Part shown: piece by piece, positions 63,915-64,000 of the stretch
How the letters are laid out: every line of letters starts with the position of its first letter
Numbering within the stretch: position 1 is the stretch's first letter
Assembly: GCA_026914245.1 (NCBI GenBank)
Contig: CP110439.1
Span: 2,666,001-2,730,000 of the forward strand
From: Puccinia triticina
Lineage: Eukaryota
DNA: 64,000 nucleotides
Reading direction: 5' to 3'
Position numbers and translations under genes: made by a program
The notes under the pieces: generated by a model
Database searches by the model: none
Seen by the model: the letters and a program-made list of their open reading frames with translations, nothing else
Told to the model about the DNA's origin: nothing

Positions 63915-64000
63915 GTGGAGACTCAAGAAATGGGGCAGTGAGGATGACAAGGCTCACCGGATGCAGCTCAGGAGGTGGCACAAAAAATGAAGGATGAGAA

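Noticed and set aside
62412..63921. 6-bp TSD with CAG...CTG ends for this MITE
   Set aside because: An 8-bp TSD fits both copies (GTGGAGAC, TTACAGCC) without mismatch.

Overview
Eukaryotic, intron-rich, repeat-dense genomic DNA. Gene style, CpG-depleted repeats and TE content point to a rust fungus (Pucciniales, Puccinia-like); this is inferred, not proven. Six intact-looking host genes sit in CpG-rich islands: mitochondrial-type DnaJ (-), a NOSIP-like RING/U-box protein (+), PMP3 proteolipid (-), an MBOAT_2/wax-synthase-type acyltransferase (-), SNF5 with polyQ and a GATA-like finger (-), and a ~920-aa secreted protein built from four copies of an unrecognised CxxC domain (+). The rest is nested TEs, most with readable TIRs/LTRs and TSDs. 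The most unusual structure is 52283-59402: a miniature LTR retroelement with a tRNA-like cassette in each LTR (Helenus-type TRIM), integrated as a head-to-head inverted dimer with one 5-bp TSD. Two different CAC-ended DNA transposons sit at the identical TAA inside the tRNA A-box of two of its LTRs. Also notable: a two-gene element pairing a Tc1/IS630 DD34E transposase with CACTG termini and a 3-bp TSD (19537-24160), a recurrent CCGN 4-bp TSD for TG...CA elements, and a cohort of MITEs with 7-bp TSDs. All coordinates were read by eye and need computational confirmation.
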